Shown here piece by piece: positions 20,679-31,260 of a stretch of 64,000 nucleotides of DNA; the stretch's first letter is position 1; each line of letters opens with the position of its first letter. The notes beneath the pieces were generated by a model that saw only the letters and a list, made by a program, of their open reading frames with translations, was not told the origin of the DNA and searched no databases. Source of the stretch: Nitrospirales bacterium (GTDB lineage: Bacteria > Nitrospirota > Nitrospiria > Nitrospirales > UBA8639); the NCBI GenBank assembly GCA_963555755.3, contig OY820905.2, positions 832,001 to 896,000 of the forward strand, given 5' to 3'. The position numbers and the translations under genes were made by a program.

Positions 20679-21929
20679 TTAGGGCGTTGATGATTGGAAA
20701 TGAAACTGATGGACTTCGCCCGCATCGGGCATCTTTGATAGATCGCCATAGGGGGCCCCTACAACTAAGTGTGCGCCAACTCCATGCATCGAAAGACCAA
20801 AAAGATCCGCCGCACCGGTGGTCTTTGAGGGATTGGGAATAGTGAACTGAAGCTGGTTGGTGTGTTTATTGAAGACAAACACGGTACCCACATCAACACC
20901 CGCAGTATCATCCCCGGGAGCAGCAACCACATAGAAGTTTTCAAGAAGCCCAACCGCTTCCCCAAAATGACCTCCCTTTTGAGGGTTGGGCGCTTCGAAT
21001 TTCTTTTGAAATTTTCCCTGATGCGTAAATAGATACGCGGCGCCAGCTTCGCCATGGGTAATCTTGCGGCCTAGAGCTCCCACCAACAACGTGTCAGCAT
21101 CGCAGGCGAGAGACCATCCAAAATATTCATTGGTTTGCGGGTCGGGTGATTCGAGCGTTCGTATCAGCTTGCCAGTTTCAATATCAAACACAAACACCTT
21201 TCCATGATCGATGGGCTCAACGCCTCCCAATGGGGCACTAATTGCAAGAGTGGAACCCCAAAAAGCCAGGGTATGGCCAAATCCATCAGCCTTCCCATGT
21301 GAAGCTTCCGGCGCCAAGAACCTTTGAACCAATTGTCCAGTGGCAATCTCAAACACGTACACTTCTCCGACATCAAATTTTGTCGGCGAACTCGCGCCAG
21401 GATCTCCAATGGCCACCCATCGGCCTTGAGTGGCAACCGCGTGACCAAACACTGCCGCGTTCGAATTTGGACTGATGAACTCTCGAACAAGCTGCCCACT
21501 CTCCCGATCAAATAAAGCAACCATTCCTGACGATCGCCCCAACTTCCCCCTTCCCTTAGGAGCACCGACAATGACAAAACGATCAGTCAGTCCAACGGAC
21601 AAACCAAACATATCATCCCCGACAGGAGAAGGAGGCAAAAAGGAATGGAGGACCTTCCCGGTTTCTCGCTGAAACAAAAAGGCTTTGCCCATTTGCCCTC
21701 GGGACCCAGCCGCATGAGGTGAACCAACTAGGACCGAGTCCCCTTCGCTGGCCACGGCAAATCCAAACCCATCCAATAATGTGGGCTTCAAAGATTGAAG
21801 GCTGTGCCCCTGTTCATACCATGACTGTCCAAAAGCCTGGCCAATAAAAACCACCAGGAGAAGGAGCGGAAGCATGGATTGTAAAAAAACCAGAGATGGG
21901 GAACATATACGTTTTCTCATTTTGTACAT
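20679..21929 (-). CDS. Secreted FG-GAP (integrin-alpha beta-propeller) repeat protein
   Basis: Seven FG.S/AV...VGAP...G.V..F repeats; signal peptide. Confidence 0.85.
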   Translation of the reverse strand: MYKMRKRICSPSLVFLQSMLPLLLLVVFIGQAFGQSWYEQGHSLQSLKPTLLDGFGFAVASEGDSVLVGSPHAAGSRGQMGKAFLFQRETGKVLHSFLPPSPVGDDMFGLSVGLTDRFVIVGAPKGRGKLGRSSGMVALFDRESGQLVREFISPNSNAAVFGHAVATQGRWVAIGDPGASSPTKFDVGEVYVFEIATGQLVQRFLAPEASHGKADGFGHTLAFWGSTLAISAPLGGVEPIDHGKVFVFDIETGKLIRTLESPDPQTNEYFGWSLACDADTLLVGALGRKITHGEAGAAYLFTHQGKFQKKFEAPNPQKGGHFGEAVGLLENFYVVAAPGDDTAGVDVGTVFVFNKHTNQLQFTIPNPSKTTGAADLFGLSMHGVGAHLVVGAPYGDLSKMPDAGEVHQFHFQSSTP

Positions 21930-22085
21930 TCTCGCTCGTGCTCAGAGTTTGCGATGAAAACAAAAGAAGTTCAACATAGGATACTACAACATGCTATCAT
22001 GCCCGGAGGACAGAAACCCAACTAGCATCTCTCACCCAAATCCTATTTGCCGCAACGCATTCTTCATTACGAATTATTGTCACTC

Positions 22086-22871
22086 ATGCCAACTTGGCCT
22101 CTTCCCAAACGCGACCCGTGGTCTACTCCCTTTGCCGAAACATTGCTCTCTCAACTTGACCTCACACCTGGGTTAACGATTCTTGATGTAGCGAGTGGCC
22201 ATGGCCTTCCGGCATTTTACCTGGCGGAACAAACTGGGCCTACAGGGAAAGTGCTCGGGATTGATATTCACCCCACTCAACTCGCCCGAGCCCGGTCGAT
22301 TCAAGGCCAGCAACTCCCCTGGCTACAATTCGAGGAACACGATGTTCGACACCTCCCCTCCACCTTACCGTCCTTTGACCGGATCACCGGCAACCTGTCC
22401 TTTATGTTTTTTCGACCCAATCGTTTTGAGGCTCTTCAAGACTTGATTCGCCATCTGCAGCCTGGTGGGCAACTGGTTCTGACCTTTCCATCCATGGGCA
22501 CGTTTGACTCACTCTGGCAACGGGTCGATCAGGAGATGAACACTCGCCGGCTAGATAAAGAACGCACCAAGTTGTGGGACTATATTCACGAACGACCTTC
22601 CGCCCAAGACGCGCGCCACTGGCTCGAACAATTGCAGATGGAACGTATTGTCGTTGAAGATCAGCCGCTCGAAGTCGAAACCGGACCCGGGCAAGAGTTT
22701 CTATGGCACCCCCTACTCCGAGGAGGATTTCTCGATGATGTGTTTGAATGTTTTGAAGACCAACAACTCGCAGACAAATTCATGACGACTATCTCCCACG
22801 ATGTGTCCAGCTTCACACCCCTCATGGCTCAACGATGCGTGATGGCAGGATGGAAACCCCTTCAGCCCTAA
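22086..22871 (+). CDS. Class I SAM-dependent methyltransferase
   Basis: ILDVASGHG motif I, GID, LQPGG. Confidence 0.85.
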   Translation: MPTWPLPKRDPWSTPFAETLLSQLDLTPGLTILDVASGHGLPAFYLAEQTGPTGKVLGIDIHPTQLARARSIQGQQLPWLQFEEHDVRHLPSTLPSFDRITGNLSFMFFRPNRFEALQDLIRHLQPGGQLVLTFPSMGTFDSLWQRVDQEMNTRRLDKERTKLWDYIHERPSAQDARHWLEQLQMERIVVEDQPLEVETGPGQEFLWHPLLRGGFLDDVFECFEDQQLADKFMTTISHDVSSFTPLMAQRCVMAGWKPLQP

Positions 22872-22880
22872 AAGGGCACC

Positions 22881-23237
22881 TTATTCCTTCTCAGAATGAC
22901 TAGAAGGCAAATCAATCACATGGCGAGTCGGTTCCTTCGAAGACGATTCACGTGTACACAGTTCAAACGGCGGGATATCCTCCTGCAAACGTTTCAATAA
23001 TCGACGAATAAATTTTTGGCTTGGGGCTTCACAACGCCATACATACTTCCCCGTTTCAAGTTCATGGAAATGCCGCTTCATACAAAAACGTGGGTCTTCC
23101 ATAAAATACGCGGACAAAAACCCAGTGATCGCATGCACCACCCAATCATGTTCTTGGGTATAGCGAAAACTCACTTCAATCTCATGGATTTCAACTGACT
23201 CGTCACCAGCCATTGGGATCCTTTCGTCAATACTCAT
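22881..23237 (-). CDS. Hypothetical protein
   Basis: 118-aa ORF filling the intergenic space, convergent with the methyltransferase. Confidence 0.55.
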   Translation of the reverse strand: MSIDERIPMAGDESVEIHEIEVSFRYTQEHDWVVHAITGFLSAYFMEDPRFCMKRHFHELETGKYVWRCEAPSQKFIRRLLKRLQEDIPPFELCTRESSSKEPTRHVIDLPSSHSEKE

Positions 23238-23376
23238 TCAGAGCTGGAAGGTTTTCCGGCCTCGAGTGTCCCATGATGAAGCGATCCCGTTCAAGAACCG
23301 CGTAATTGTGCTAGTCATCAACCTTTGTTAACTTTACGAACCTTGTGCAACTTTGCCATCTTGAAAAGGACTTTTT

Positions 23377-24159
23377 ATGTCACAACATGCCAATCCACAG
23401 ACCAATGACTCAGATCCACCTGAACCACCCGAACCAACCTATGCGGAACGGGCTCGAACCCTCATGCACATTGCACCTGTCGCCACCCTGTGCACAACGT
23501 CTCAGAAACATCCCGATTGGCCGTTTGGATCGATCGTAACCTATGGCCTCGATGATACAGGCAATCCTTCGTTTCTCATCAGCACAATGGCCATGCATAC
23601 CAAGAATATCATGATCGATGCGCGAGCCAGTGTGTTCGTCATGCAACCTGGGGGAGAACAAAATCCATTGGGCGCGGCCCGCGTCACCATTATGGGCAAA
23701 GTAACGAAAGTGTCAAAAGATCAAGACGCTGCCATCCGCGCACCATATTTAGCCCGCCACCCGAAGGCGAGCTATTGGGCCGATTTTGGGGATTTCTCGT
23801 TTTACCTAATGGACACCATCGATGTGTATTATGTCGGTGGTTTTGGATCGATGGGATGGGTCTCCGCGGAAGAGTATGCCTTGGCCCAAGTCGATCCACT
23901 GGCCGATGCGGGACCAGGACTCATTGACCACCTCAATGCCGATCACACAAACACCTTGCTGTTACTCGCCAGAGCTTCTGGCCAGCCCGATACAGAGGAG
24001 GCCACCTTGACAGCCATCGATCGGTTAGGATTTCATCTGCGGCTTAAGATCAAGGACCGCTACACTGGCAGGCGATTGACCTTTCCACAAGAGCTCAAGA
24101 GTCCCGATGATGCCCGACCCGTTTTTGCAAACATGGTGAAGCACGCGAAGGGGGACTAA
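23377..24159 (+). CDS. HugZ-like pyridoxamine 5'-phosphate oxidase-related protein with DUF2470
   Basis: PFGSIV.Y...S.MA.HT.N..D.R.S; YVGGFG; IDHLNADH, IDRLGF. Confidence 0.85.
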   Translation: MSQHANPQTNDSDPPEPPEPTYAERARTLMHIAPVATLCTTSQKHPDWPFGSIVTYGLDDTGNPSFLISTMAMHTKNIMIDARASVFVMQPGGEQNPLGAARVTIMGKVTKVSKDQDAAIRAPYLARHPKASYWADFGDFSFYLMDTIDVYYVGGFGSMGWVSAEEYALAQVDPLADAGPGLIDHLNADHTNTLLLLARASGQPDTEEATLTAIDRLGFHLRLKIKDRYTGRRLTFPQELKSPDDARPVFANMVKHAKGD

Positions 24160-24280
24160 TCAGGTGGATAGGCTGAAGGCTGAAGGGTTTAGGAGTGGCA
24201 ATCATGCGTGATCATACAAAACGTCAGGTATTATAAGTGATAGCCTTCAGTCTTTAGCCTTCAGCCTAAATACCTGAGTC
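24156..24280 (+). repeat. Family H element, second copy
   Basis: TCAGGTGGATAGGCTGAAGG...GCCTTCAGCCTAAATACCTGAGT; left end contains the upstream gene's TAA. Confidence 0.8.
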
Positions 24281-24303
24281 ACCACACGACTTAAAGGAGT
24301 GAC

Positions 24304-25989
24304 ATGGCCACAAACGACAAACAAATAATTTTCTCACTCATTGGCGTCGGCCGAATCCATCCCCCGAAAAAACACGTGCTCAAAAATATCTACCTTTCGT
24401 TTTACTATGGCGCGAAGATCGGCGTCTTGGGACTCAACGGATCGGGTAAAAGCTCACTCCTCCGCATTATTGCTGGCGTGGACCAAGACTATATCGGCGA
24501 GATTACCATGTCCAAAGGTTACACCGTCGGGTTACTGGAACAGGAGCCACAACTCGACCCTGAGAAAACTGTCAAAGAAGTGGTGGAACAGGCACGGAAG
24601 GAACTCATTGACATGTTAGCCGAGTACGAGTCAGTGAGTAACCGGCTGGGTGACCCCATGGAACCCGATGAGATGGAAAAGCTGCTGGAGAAACAAAGCA
24701 CGCTGCAAGAAAAAATTGAGGCTGTGGATGGGTGGGAGTTGGAAAACCAACTGGACATTGCCATGGATGCACTTCGCTGTCCGCCGCCCGAGACTAAAAT
24801 CGGAATCCTCTCCGGAGGAGAAAAACGGCGCGTGGCTCTGTGTCGCCTCATGATTCAAGAGCCCGACATCTTGTTGCTCGACGAGCCTACGAATCATTTG
24901 GACGCCGAATCCGTGCAATGGTTGGAGCAGCACCTTCAACAATACAAAGGCACGGTGATTGCCGTGACCCATGATCGCTATTTCCTCGACAACGTGGCCG
25001 GATGGATTCTCGAACTGGATCGTGGGCAGGGCATACCCTACGAAGGCAATTACACCTCTTGGCTCGAACAAAAACAAGCCCGCCTTGCAAAAGAAGAAAA
25101 AACCGAATCCAAACGACGCAAAACGTTGGAACATGAATTAGAATGGATCCGAATGTCGCCCAAAGGCCGACAGGCCAAGGGGAAAGCCCGTGTCACCCGC
25201 TACGAAGAACTGGTCAGCGAGGAACATGAAAAAATTGCGGATGATTTGGAAATTTACATCCCCGCTGGTCCCCGCCTTGGTGAACTCGTCATCGAAGCGA
25301 AAGGCCTGACCAAAGCCTTCGGCGACAAACTCTTATTCGAAAACCTCACGTTTAATTTACCGCGAGGCGGAATCGTTGGGGTCATCGGTCCCAACGGGGC
25401 AGGAAAGACCACCCTGTTTCGGATGATCACGGGCGAAGAAAAACCCGACGCAGGCTCCTTCAATATCGGCGAGACCGTCAAGCTCGGTTACGTGGATCAA
25501 GACCGTACGTTGGATGGAATGAAAAACGTGTGGGAAGTCATCTCTGGAGGACAAGACACGATCAAGCTTGGCAAGAAAGAGATTAACTCGCGGGCCTATG
25601 TCAGCCGATTTAATTTTGGCGGCACCGAACAACAAAAGAAAGTGAAAGATCTCTCCGGAGGAGAACGCAATCGCGTCCACTTGGCGAGCATGCTCAAGGA
25701 AGGCGCGAACGTTCTCATCTTGGACGAACCCACCAATGATTTAGACGTGAATACATTACGCGCGCTTGAAGAAGGCTTGGAACAATTCGGCGGCTGTGCA
25801 GTCATTAGCAGCCATGATCGATGGTTCTTAGATAGGATCGCGACGCACATCTTAGCCTTCGAAGGAAACAGCCAGGTCGTCTGGTTTGAAGGCAACTACA
25901 GCGAATACGAAGCCAGTCGCAAAAAACGCCTCGGCAAAGACGCCGACCAACCCCACCGCATTCGCTATCGGAAACTGGCAAGGGAATAG
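24304..25989 (+). CDS. ettA: Energy-dependent translational throttle protein (ABC-F)
   Basis: Two ABC domains; ELEWIR.SPKGRQAKGKAR linker; HRIRYRKL C-terminus. Confidence 0.95.
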   Translation: MATNDKQIIFSLIGVGRIHPPKKHVLKNIYLSFYYGAKIGVLGLNGSGKSSLLRIIAGVDQDYIGEITMSKGYTVGLLEQEPQLDPEKTVKEVVEQARKELIDMLAEYESVSNRLGDPMEPDEMEKLLEKQSTLQEKIEAVDGWELENQLDIAMDALRCPPPETKIGILSGGEKRRVALCRLMIQEPDILLLDEPTNHLDAESVQWLEQHLQQYKGTVIAVTHDRYFLDNVAGWILELDRGQGIPYEGNYTSWLEQKQARLAKEEKTESKRRKTLEHELEWIRMSPKGRQAKGKARVTRYEELVSEEHEKIADDLEIYIPAGPRLGELVIEAKGLTKAFGDKLLFENLTFNLPRGGIVGVIGPNGAGKTTLFRMITGEEKPDAGSFNIGETVKLGYVDQDRTLDGMKNVWEVISGGQDTIKLGKKEINSRAYVSRFNFGGTEQQKKVKDLSGGERNRVHLASMLKEGANVLILDEPTNDLDVNTLRALEEGLEQFGGCAVISSHDRWFLDRIATHILAFEGNSQVVWFEGNYSEYEASRKKRLGKDADQPHRIRYRKLARE

Positions 25990-26081
25990 AATGCTAATTT
26001 CCCCCTACACCAAAATTTAGCAGGGCCGAAACTTTTTCAAGATCACGTGGCAGGAATTCCTACACTCTGTCTTCTATTCAA

Positions 26082-26222
26082 GGGTACCTCTAAAAACCAG
26101 GCATTTTATGTGAGAGCAAGGAAGCCGCGCGCGGAAAACCGGAATGTATGGGCGAATACATGAGGATGTGAGCACACGGCTGACGCCGCCATCACGGAAA
26201 AGGACGGTTTGTAGAGGTGCCC
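26082..26222 (+). mobile_element. Family G MITE
   Basis: Near-identical to 11487-11627; TCAA duplicated. Confidence 0.88.
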
Positions 26223-26314
26223 TCAAATCTTTCTCGGCACCATGGCCTTTAGGTGGCTTTGCAAATTTTGTATTCGTCGTTCTAAATCACTGGGGTTTTT
26301 TCACAATTGGACAA

Positions 26315-27100
26315 TCACGGATTGGTCGAGTCAGGATGTCCAACTGCCCTTTGTTGACAAGCCAATATCATCCAGGCTGTGGCTAGGGCAGCGATAACAT
26401 GTTTCAGAGAATGGCCGCTGATTATTTGCGTGATCGAATAGATCTCGGCATCAAAGAACTCAACAATTTTGGCCAGAAGGTACGTTCCCAAGATTGCCCA
26501 AAGAAATGGACTCCGCATGAACCGCGTTCCAAATAACCCGAGCATCACGGGAATGAGTAACATTGGCAGAAACTGGACCAAGCCATATGGCCGCAAATCC
26601 CCCATTTCCCACAGTTCGGTCACATACCAATATCCAACCGAACCGGCACCAATTCCAATAAGTGGCCACAGCAGAACCGTTCCAATTTTTGGAGACACGG
26701 TATCTGCGATGATCATGGCCAACAATGCCATGAACGACACGGTCATGGGCAACCGATCCCACACGAGCGTGGCGTTGTTTGGATTAACATGGTAGTAGGC
26801 AGAGCCCAGACCAACGAATCCAACCCCGAGAAAAAAGACATGGTAGGCCAGTCGCATGTCAGCAGATTCCAACGCGAACCCTTTTGCCCGCGATGCCAAG
26901 AACCCCAGGATTCCCACGAGAATAAACAACGAATTGGTGGCTACGTTTACAAAATTGTGGATGCCGAAAAATGCCGTGGTATCGGCAAAGCGATGATAGC
27001 TCGAATCTTGGGGAACTGGATCAATAAACCATGGGACGATGACCCCACAACCCAAAAGACCCACTAAGACACTGTGCCTCCAATTCCATTGGGCAGTCAT
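26315..27100 (-). CDS. Alkaline (phyto)ceramidase-like CREST-family membrane hydrolase
   Basis: QD.SYH.FAD, GSAYYH, WDRLPMT, SGHSLKH. Confidence 0.85.
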   Translation of the reverse strand: MTAQWNWRHSVLVGLLGCGVIVPWFIDPVPQDSSYHRFADTTAFFGIHNFVNVATNSLFILVGILGFLASRAKGFALESADMRLAYHVFFLGVGFVGLGSAYYHVNPNNATLVWDRLPMTVSFMALLAMIIADTVSPKIGTVLLWPLIGIGAGSVGYWYVTELWEMGDLRPYGLVQFLPMLLIPVMLGLFGTRFMRSPFLWAILGTYLLAKIVEFFDAEIYSITQIISGHSLKHVIAALATAWMILACQQRAVGHPDSTNP

Positions 27101-27285
27101 AGACAGCTCCCCCCAGAGGCCATGAAACACAAGGCCAACGCTCGTTTTCGGCCCATCTGGAAATCTTCAACCCCAATACCGTACAATCGCATTGCGCAGC
27201 GATGGGAATTTCTGATATCCAGCTTGTGTTACAATGGCTCATTTTTCCCATTGTTCATTGCTAGAAAAGAACAGGACGGCGCCCG

Positions 27286-27507
27286 TTGCACATTCCGACC
27301 CAACCAGACATTTGGATTGCACGAGTCATTGGCATCATCGCAATTGCCTCGGGGTTTGTTCTTGGGATCGAAGGCCTGGATCAGCCTGGTTCTATGTGGC
27401 TCTCCACTGCCCTGGGATTAATCGTGATAGGACTCTGCGCCCAAGGCTATGCCTTCTATCGCACCATCACCAAAAAAATTCAACCAACCGTCAAAAAGGA
27501 TGCATGA
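27286..27507 (+). CDS. Small two-TM membrane protein
   Basis: Two hydrophobic helices; stop overlaps the next ATG. Confidence 0.5.
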   Translation: MHIPTQPDIWIARVIGIIAIASGFVLGIEGLDQPGSMWLSTALGLIVIGLCAQGYAFYRTITKKIQPTVKKDA

Positions 27508-27953
27508 TGTTGTTTCATTTTCTTCTACCTGCCACACACCGCCCTCTGACCACTCTCAAACTCTGGGCTGGCTTGGCTATGATCATCGTGTCACTTGGAG
27601 CCTGTAGCCATTGGCGTGATTCCTATCTCAAAAGCGCCGTAGAGGAAGCGACCCAAGATGATATTGTCGCAAAATTTGGAGATCCCTGGCGCAAGAAAGA
27701 GTCACTGTTACATGGTGGATCGACGTGGATTTACCGCTATGTCTTGACCAAAAGCGAACTCGATCCCATGGGGATCAATACGTTAGGCAAGGGGGTGAGC
27801 CAGGCCGCCAACTCAGCGGCATCGATATTGGGGAAAGGCGATCCCAATGTTGGCGCAGATAAACTCCAATGTTTCCACTATCTGCTCACCTTTGATCAAG
27901 CCAAAATTCTTAAGGATTGGGTTCGAGAATCCTGCACTCGCACGTCTCTATGA
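27504..27953 (+). CDS. Putative lipoprotein (SmpA/OmlA-like pattern)
   Basis: Lipobox LGAC; T.DDIVAKFGDP...STWIYRY. Confidence 0.7.
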   Translation: MMLFHFLLPATHRPLTTLKLWAGLAMIIVSLGACSHWRDSYLKSAVEEATQDDIVAKFGDPWRKKESLLHGGSTWIYRYVLTKSELDPMGINTLGKGVSQAANSAASILGKGDPNVGADKLQCFHYLLTFDQAKILKDWVRESCTRTSL

Positions 27954-29131
27954 CCGGGACGCACCTATCGACATTCTTCGCTCCCTGCCCTCGAGGACTG
28001 GAGGCTGTCCTCCGTGACGAGCTCACTCACGTACAGGCTGAACACTCTGAAGCACTGCAGGGAGGAGTTCGATTTTGTGGGCCATTTGATTTGTGTTATC
28101 GTGTCAATCTTCACAGTCGGATTGCCAGCCGAGTGTTATGGGCCATCTCCGAGCGCTCCTATCGGACTGAGAAAGACATTTACCACGCAGCATTGGCACT
28201 CCCCTGGCCTTCCTGGTTTTCCGTCAACAATCGCATTAAAGTCCATGTCAGTGCTCACCATTGTCCCCTGCCCAGTCTGGACTTTGTCACGCTACGAATC
28301 AAAGACGCAATTTGCGATCACTTTCGCAAGGCCATAGGCACTCGCCCAAACGTGGATACTCGCCATCCCGACATCGGGATTTATGCATTTTTAGATGAGC
28401 ATACGGTCACCTTCTACCTGGATACCACAGGAGACCCGTTATTTAAACGAGGGCTTCGCAAAACCCAAGGCCCCTCCCCGTTAAGAGAAAACCTAGCCGC
28501 GGGCATTTTGCATCTAGCCGGATGGACACCAGGAGATGTGTTGCTCGACCCCATGTGCGGGAGTGGCACCTTTCTCCTCGAGGCAGCCCAAATGGCTGGC
28601 AACATTGCCCCGGGACTCAACCGTCACTTTGCCTTTGAAAATTTTTTGCACTTTGCTCAAGCAACATGGGCACAATTACGCACCAAAAGCTTGGCCGCGC
28701 AACGATCGATTCCACCGGAAACCCTGTTTGGATTTGACCACGATTCGCAAGCCGTCAAGGCAGCGAACACGAATGTAGATGCGGCTGGGTTCGGAGACGC
28801 GATCACCATTGGACAGGCGGATATCCTGGATGTCCAGCCCCCGCATCCGCACGGGCTGCTTGTGACCAATCCGCCATATGGAGTTCGCAGCGGGGAGGAT
28901 TCGAAACTGGCCGAATGGTACCCTCAACTCGGCGATGCGCTCAAACGCCACTTTGTGGGTTGGCGAGCGTTTTTCTTTACGGCGGATCTACGATTGCCAA
29001 AACTCATTAGACTATCAGCTGCACGGAGAACGCCTCTGTTTAATGGCGCACTCGAATGTCGACTCTTTGAATATTCCATTGTGCAAGGCAGCCATCGTGC
29101 GAAACTCAAAACCGAAACACTTACGACCTAA
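27950..29131 (+). CDS. THUMP-domain RNA methyltransferase (RlmL-like)
   Basis: CPRGLE, LFKRG.R, PLRENLAA, DPMCGSGT, NPPYG. Confidence 0.9.
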   Translation: MTGTHLSTFFAPCPRGLEAVLRDELTHVQAEHSEALQGGVRFCGPFDLCYRVNLHSRIASRVLWAISERSYRTEKDIYHAALALPWPSWFSVNNRIKVHVSAHHCPLPSLDFVTLRIKDAICDHFRKAIGTRPNVDTRHPDIGIYAFLDEHTVTFYLDTTGDPLFKRGLRKTQGPSPLRENLAAGILHLAGWTPGDVLLDPMCGSGTFLLEAAQMAGNIAPGLNRHFAFENFLHFAQATWAQLRTKSLAAQRSIPPETLFGFDHDSQAVKAANTNVDAAGFGDAITIGQADILDVQPPHPHGLLVTNPPYGVRSGEDSKLAEWYPQLGDALKRHFVGWRAFFFTADLRLPKLIRLSAARRTPLFNGALECRLFEYSIVQGSHRAKLKTETLTT

Positions 29132-29146
29132 CCAGAAGGTTTTCTG

Positions 29147-29494
29147 ATGCCACAGATTCACAAAAGCGGAGCATTCTTACAACAATGTTTCTCCGTCCAT
29201 CCGTTATCCCTCAGTGTAAAAATGCTAACGCTTCCGGACAAAATGGGAATAGCATGTGTCAATTGCAAGTTCCGCCACCGACTCACCATTGAAAAATTTT
29301 CTCGAATCATTGGAAATTTGGCATCGTTCGATGAAGGTGCGGCCACGAGCTTGGAATCCTGTATCAGCCAACATCAAGAAGCGATCCATGTGACTGAAGT
29401 CAGTGTAGGAAAAGATATCGTGCAATTCCGATGTCGCCACTGCAAAACAGGATTTCAAGTCCGCATCACCTTGTATGAAACCTACCAACCGTAA
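29147..29494 (+). CDS. Hypothetical protein with two CxxC pairs
   Basis: CVNC and CRHC in an internally duplicated pattern; possible zinc binding. Confidence 0.65.
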   Translation: MPQIHKSGAFLQQCFSVHPLSLSVKMLTLPDKMGIACVNCKFRHRLTIEKFSRIIGNLASFDEGAATSLESCISQHQEAIHVTEVSVGKDIVQFRCRHCKTGFQVRITLYETYQP

Positions 29495-29710
29495 AGGGAA
29501 TGTTGAAAAAAGCATGCCCTGAGTCTTTCCGAAGGGTCTATCCAGCAAGGCCGCAGCCCTTTTGACGCGCGGAGCGTACTCTCAGTACGTGAGCACGGCA
29601 AAAGGGCGAGAACGCCGCTGGCGGCTTTTTTCAACATTCCCTCCCACTGATGCGAGCAGGCTTACCTGGAGCAGGTATGGGTCATGGACCCGAAACATTC
29701 AACAGACCCC
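29495..29710 (+). mobile_element. Family A MITE (29496-29641) with 3' extension
   Basis: TAA on both sides, the left one being the stop codon; nested ATGCCCTGAGTCTTTCCGAAGGGT. Confidence 0.85.
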
Positions 29711-29794
29711 TAAAGATAAAACCTCGACGGCATTTCGTATCTCGTCATGCAAGAGCCAAAAAATTACCAGCTTCCTTTTCCAGCCTCTTGGCAG

Positions 29795-29830
29795 AAAAAA
29801 AAAGAGCCGCCCCATGTGGAACGGCTCTTT
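29795..29830 (-). terminator. Intrinsic terminator downstream of the peroxiredoxin gene
   Basis: AAAGAGCCG/CGGCTCTTT stem with a poly-U tail on the minus strand. Confidence 0.75.
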
Positions 29831-29858
29831 CGGAAAAAACGAGGCTTGCGAGAAGGTC

Positions 29859-30494
29859 TTACTTGTTGGGCTGTGGCGTGAACCGAAGATAAGGCTTCAC
29901 GGCCCGGTGGCCCTTGGGAAATTTGGAGGGAATCTCTTCATCCTTCACCGCAGGAACAATGATACAATCTTCCCCGTCCTTCCAATTGGCTGGGGTGGCC
30001 ACCTGATGCTTGGCCGTCAGTTGTAACGAGTCCACCACACGAAGAATTTCATCAAAATTTCTTCCAGTCGAGGCTGGATAGGTGAGGGTCAGTTTCACCT
30101 TTTTGTCCGGTCCAATCACAAACACCGACCGCACGGTCATATTATCCAACGCATTAGGATGAATCATGTCATAGAGATTGGCAACCGTCCGGTCCGGATC
30201 CGCGATGATTGGATAACTCACCGTACAATTTTGCGTCTCATTGATATCGTTTATCCAACTTTTATGAGAATCCAACGGATCCACACTCACTGCTAACACT
30301 TTCACGTTCCGCTTTTTGAATTCATCGGAAATTTTTGCGACAGCACCAAGCTCAGTAGTACAGACTGGGGTAAAATCTTTGGGATGGGAAAACAAAATAC
30401 CCCACCCATCACCCAACCATTCATGAAAATTCACGGTGCCTGCCGTGGTTTCCGCCGTAAAATTTGGAGCCTCGTCACCTAAGCGAAGTGCCAT
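29859..30494 (-). CDS. 1-Cys peroxiredoxin (Prx6)
   Basis: FSHPKDFTPVCTTE, YPASTGRNFDEILR, ATPANW; SD GAGGAGG before MALRLGD. Confidence 0.95.
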   Translation of the reverse strand: MALRLGDEAPNFTAETTAGTVNFHEWLGDGWGILFSHPKDFTPVCTTELGAVAKISDEFKKRNVKVLAVSVDPLDSHKSWINDINETQNCTVSYPIIADPDRTVANLYDMIHPNALDNMTVRSVFVIGPDKKVKLTLTYPASTGRNFDEILRVVDSLQLTAKHQVATPANWKDGEDCIIVPAVKDEEIPSKFPKGHRAVKPYLRFTPQPNK

Positions 30495-30737
30495 GATGTA
30501 TTCCTCCTCATTCAAAATAATATATCAGATGGATGATAGGATAGCCGAGCAGTCAAACCGCCAATCGGTTACCTTTTCAGACTACCAGAAAGTATACGCC
30601 CCCCTGAAAAACCGAGTCAACTAGGAGCCTGCGAATCCACGTTGGCGATCAAATCATACCCATGGGGACCCATCGTATTCCAGAAGATCCTCGGTTGCTC
30701 AGCCGTGAATTCAATTGAGGCGATCGACTTGATACTT

Positions 30738-31133
30738 TTAAAATCCATACTTCCACAGCACGGCCATAGTCCAGGGTTCGACGCACCGGTGTCGATACCG
30801 GCGCTCTTCCATCGGCATGATTCTAAGCAAATCAACGACATCGATGAGTTGAGGTTTGTGGACCAACCCTTTGCTCTCAAGAGTCCGAGACCGAGGCTTG
30901 AAATCACCGACACGTTTCCAAATGTCATCCTTGGCTTCACTGCATTCATAAAAGTTATTGTACGGAGCTGCAATATGTTCCTCCGTGATGGCCCGATCTC
31001 GTTTCAACTCCGAATTCCGTGTAGCCGGATACACCTGCCGATCCAAATCTGAACACTCAAAATTCTTGGGAGTCCTTGAAAATTCCTCTTCACTGACAAA
31101 CATCGAACACCCGGACAGTGCACCAGTGGCCAA
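30738..31133 (-). CDS. Possible lipoprotein, start uncertain or 5' damaged
   Basis: Lipobox LSGC near the N-terminus but no clear in-frame ATG upstream. Confidence 0.35.
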   Translation of the reverse strand: MATGALSGCSMFVSEEEFSRTPKNFECSDLDRQVYPATRNSELKRDRAITEEHIAAPYNNFYECSEAKDDIWKRVGDFKPRSRTLESKGLVHKPQLIDVVDLLRIMPMEERRYRHRCVEPWTMAVLWKYGF

Positions 31134-31260
31134 AACGCTCGGGAATACGCCAGGCAGGAGGAAGAATCACCTGAGACACAGTTGACCTTTTTAACCCAAC
31201 AAGAAATGATCGAACACACGCGTATATAACGTTACCCTACCAACCAAAATTTGGGATTTA

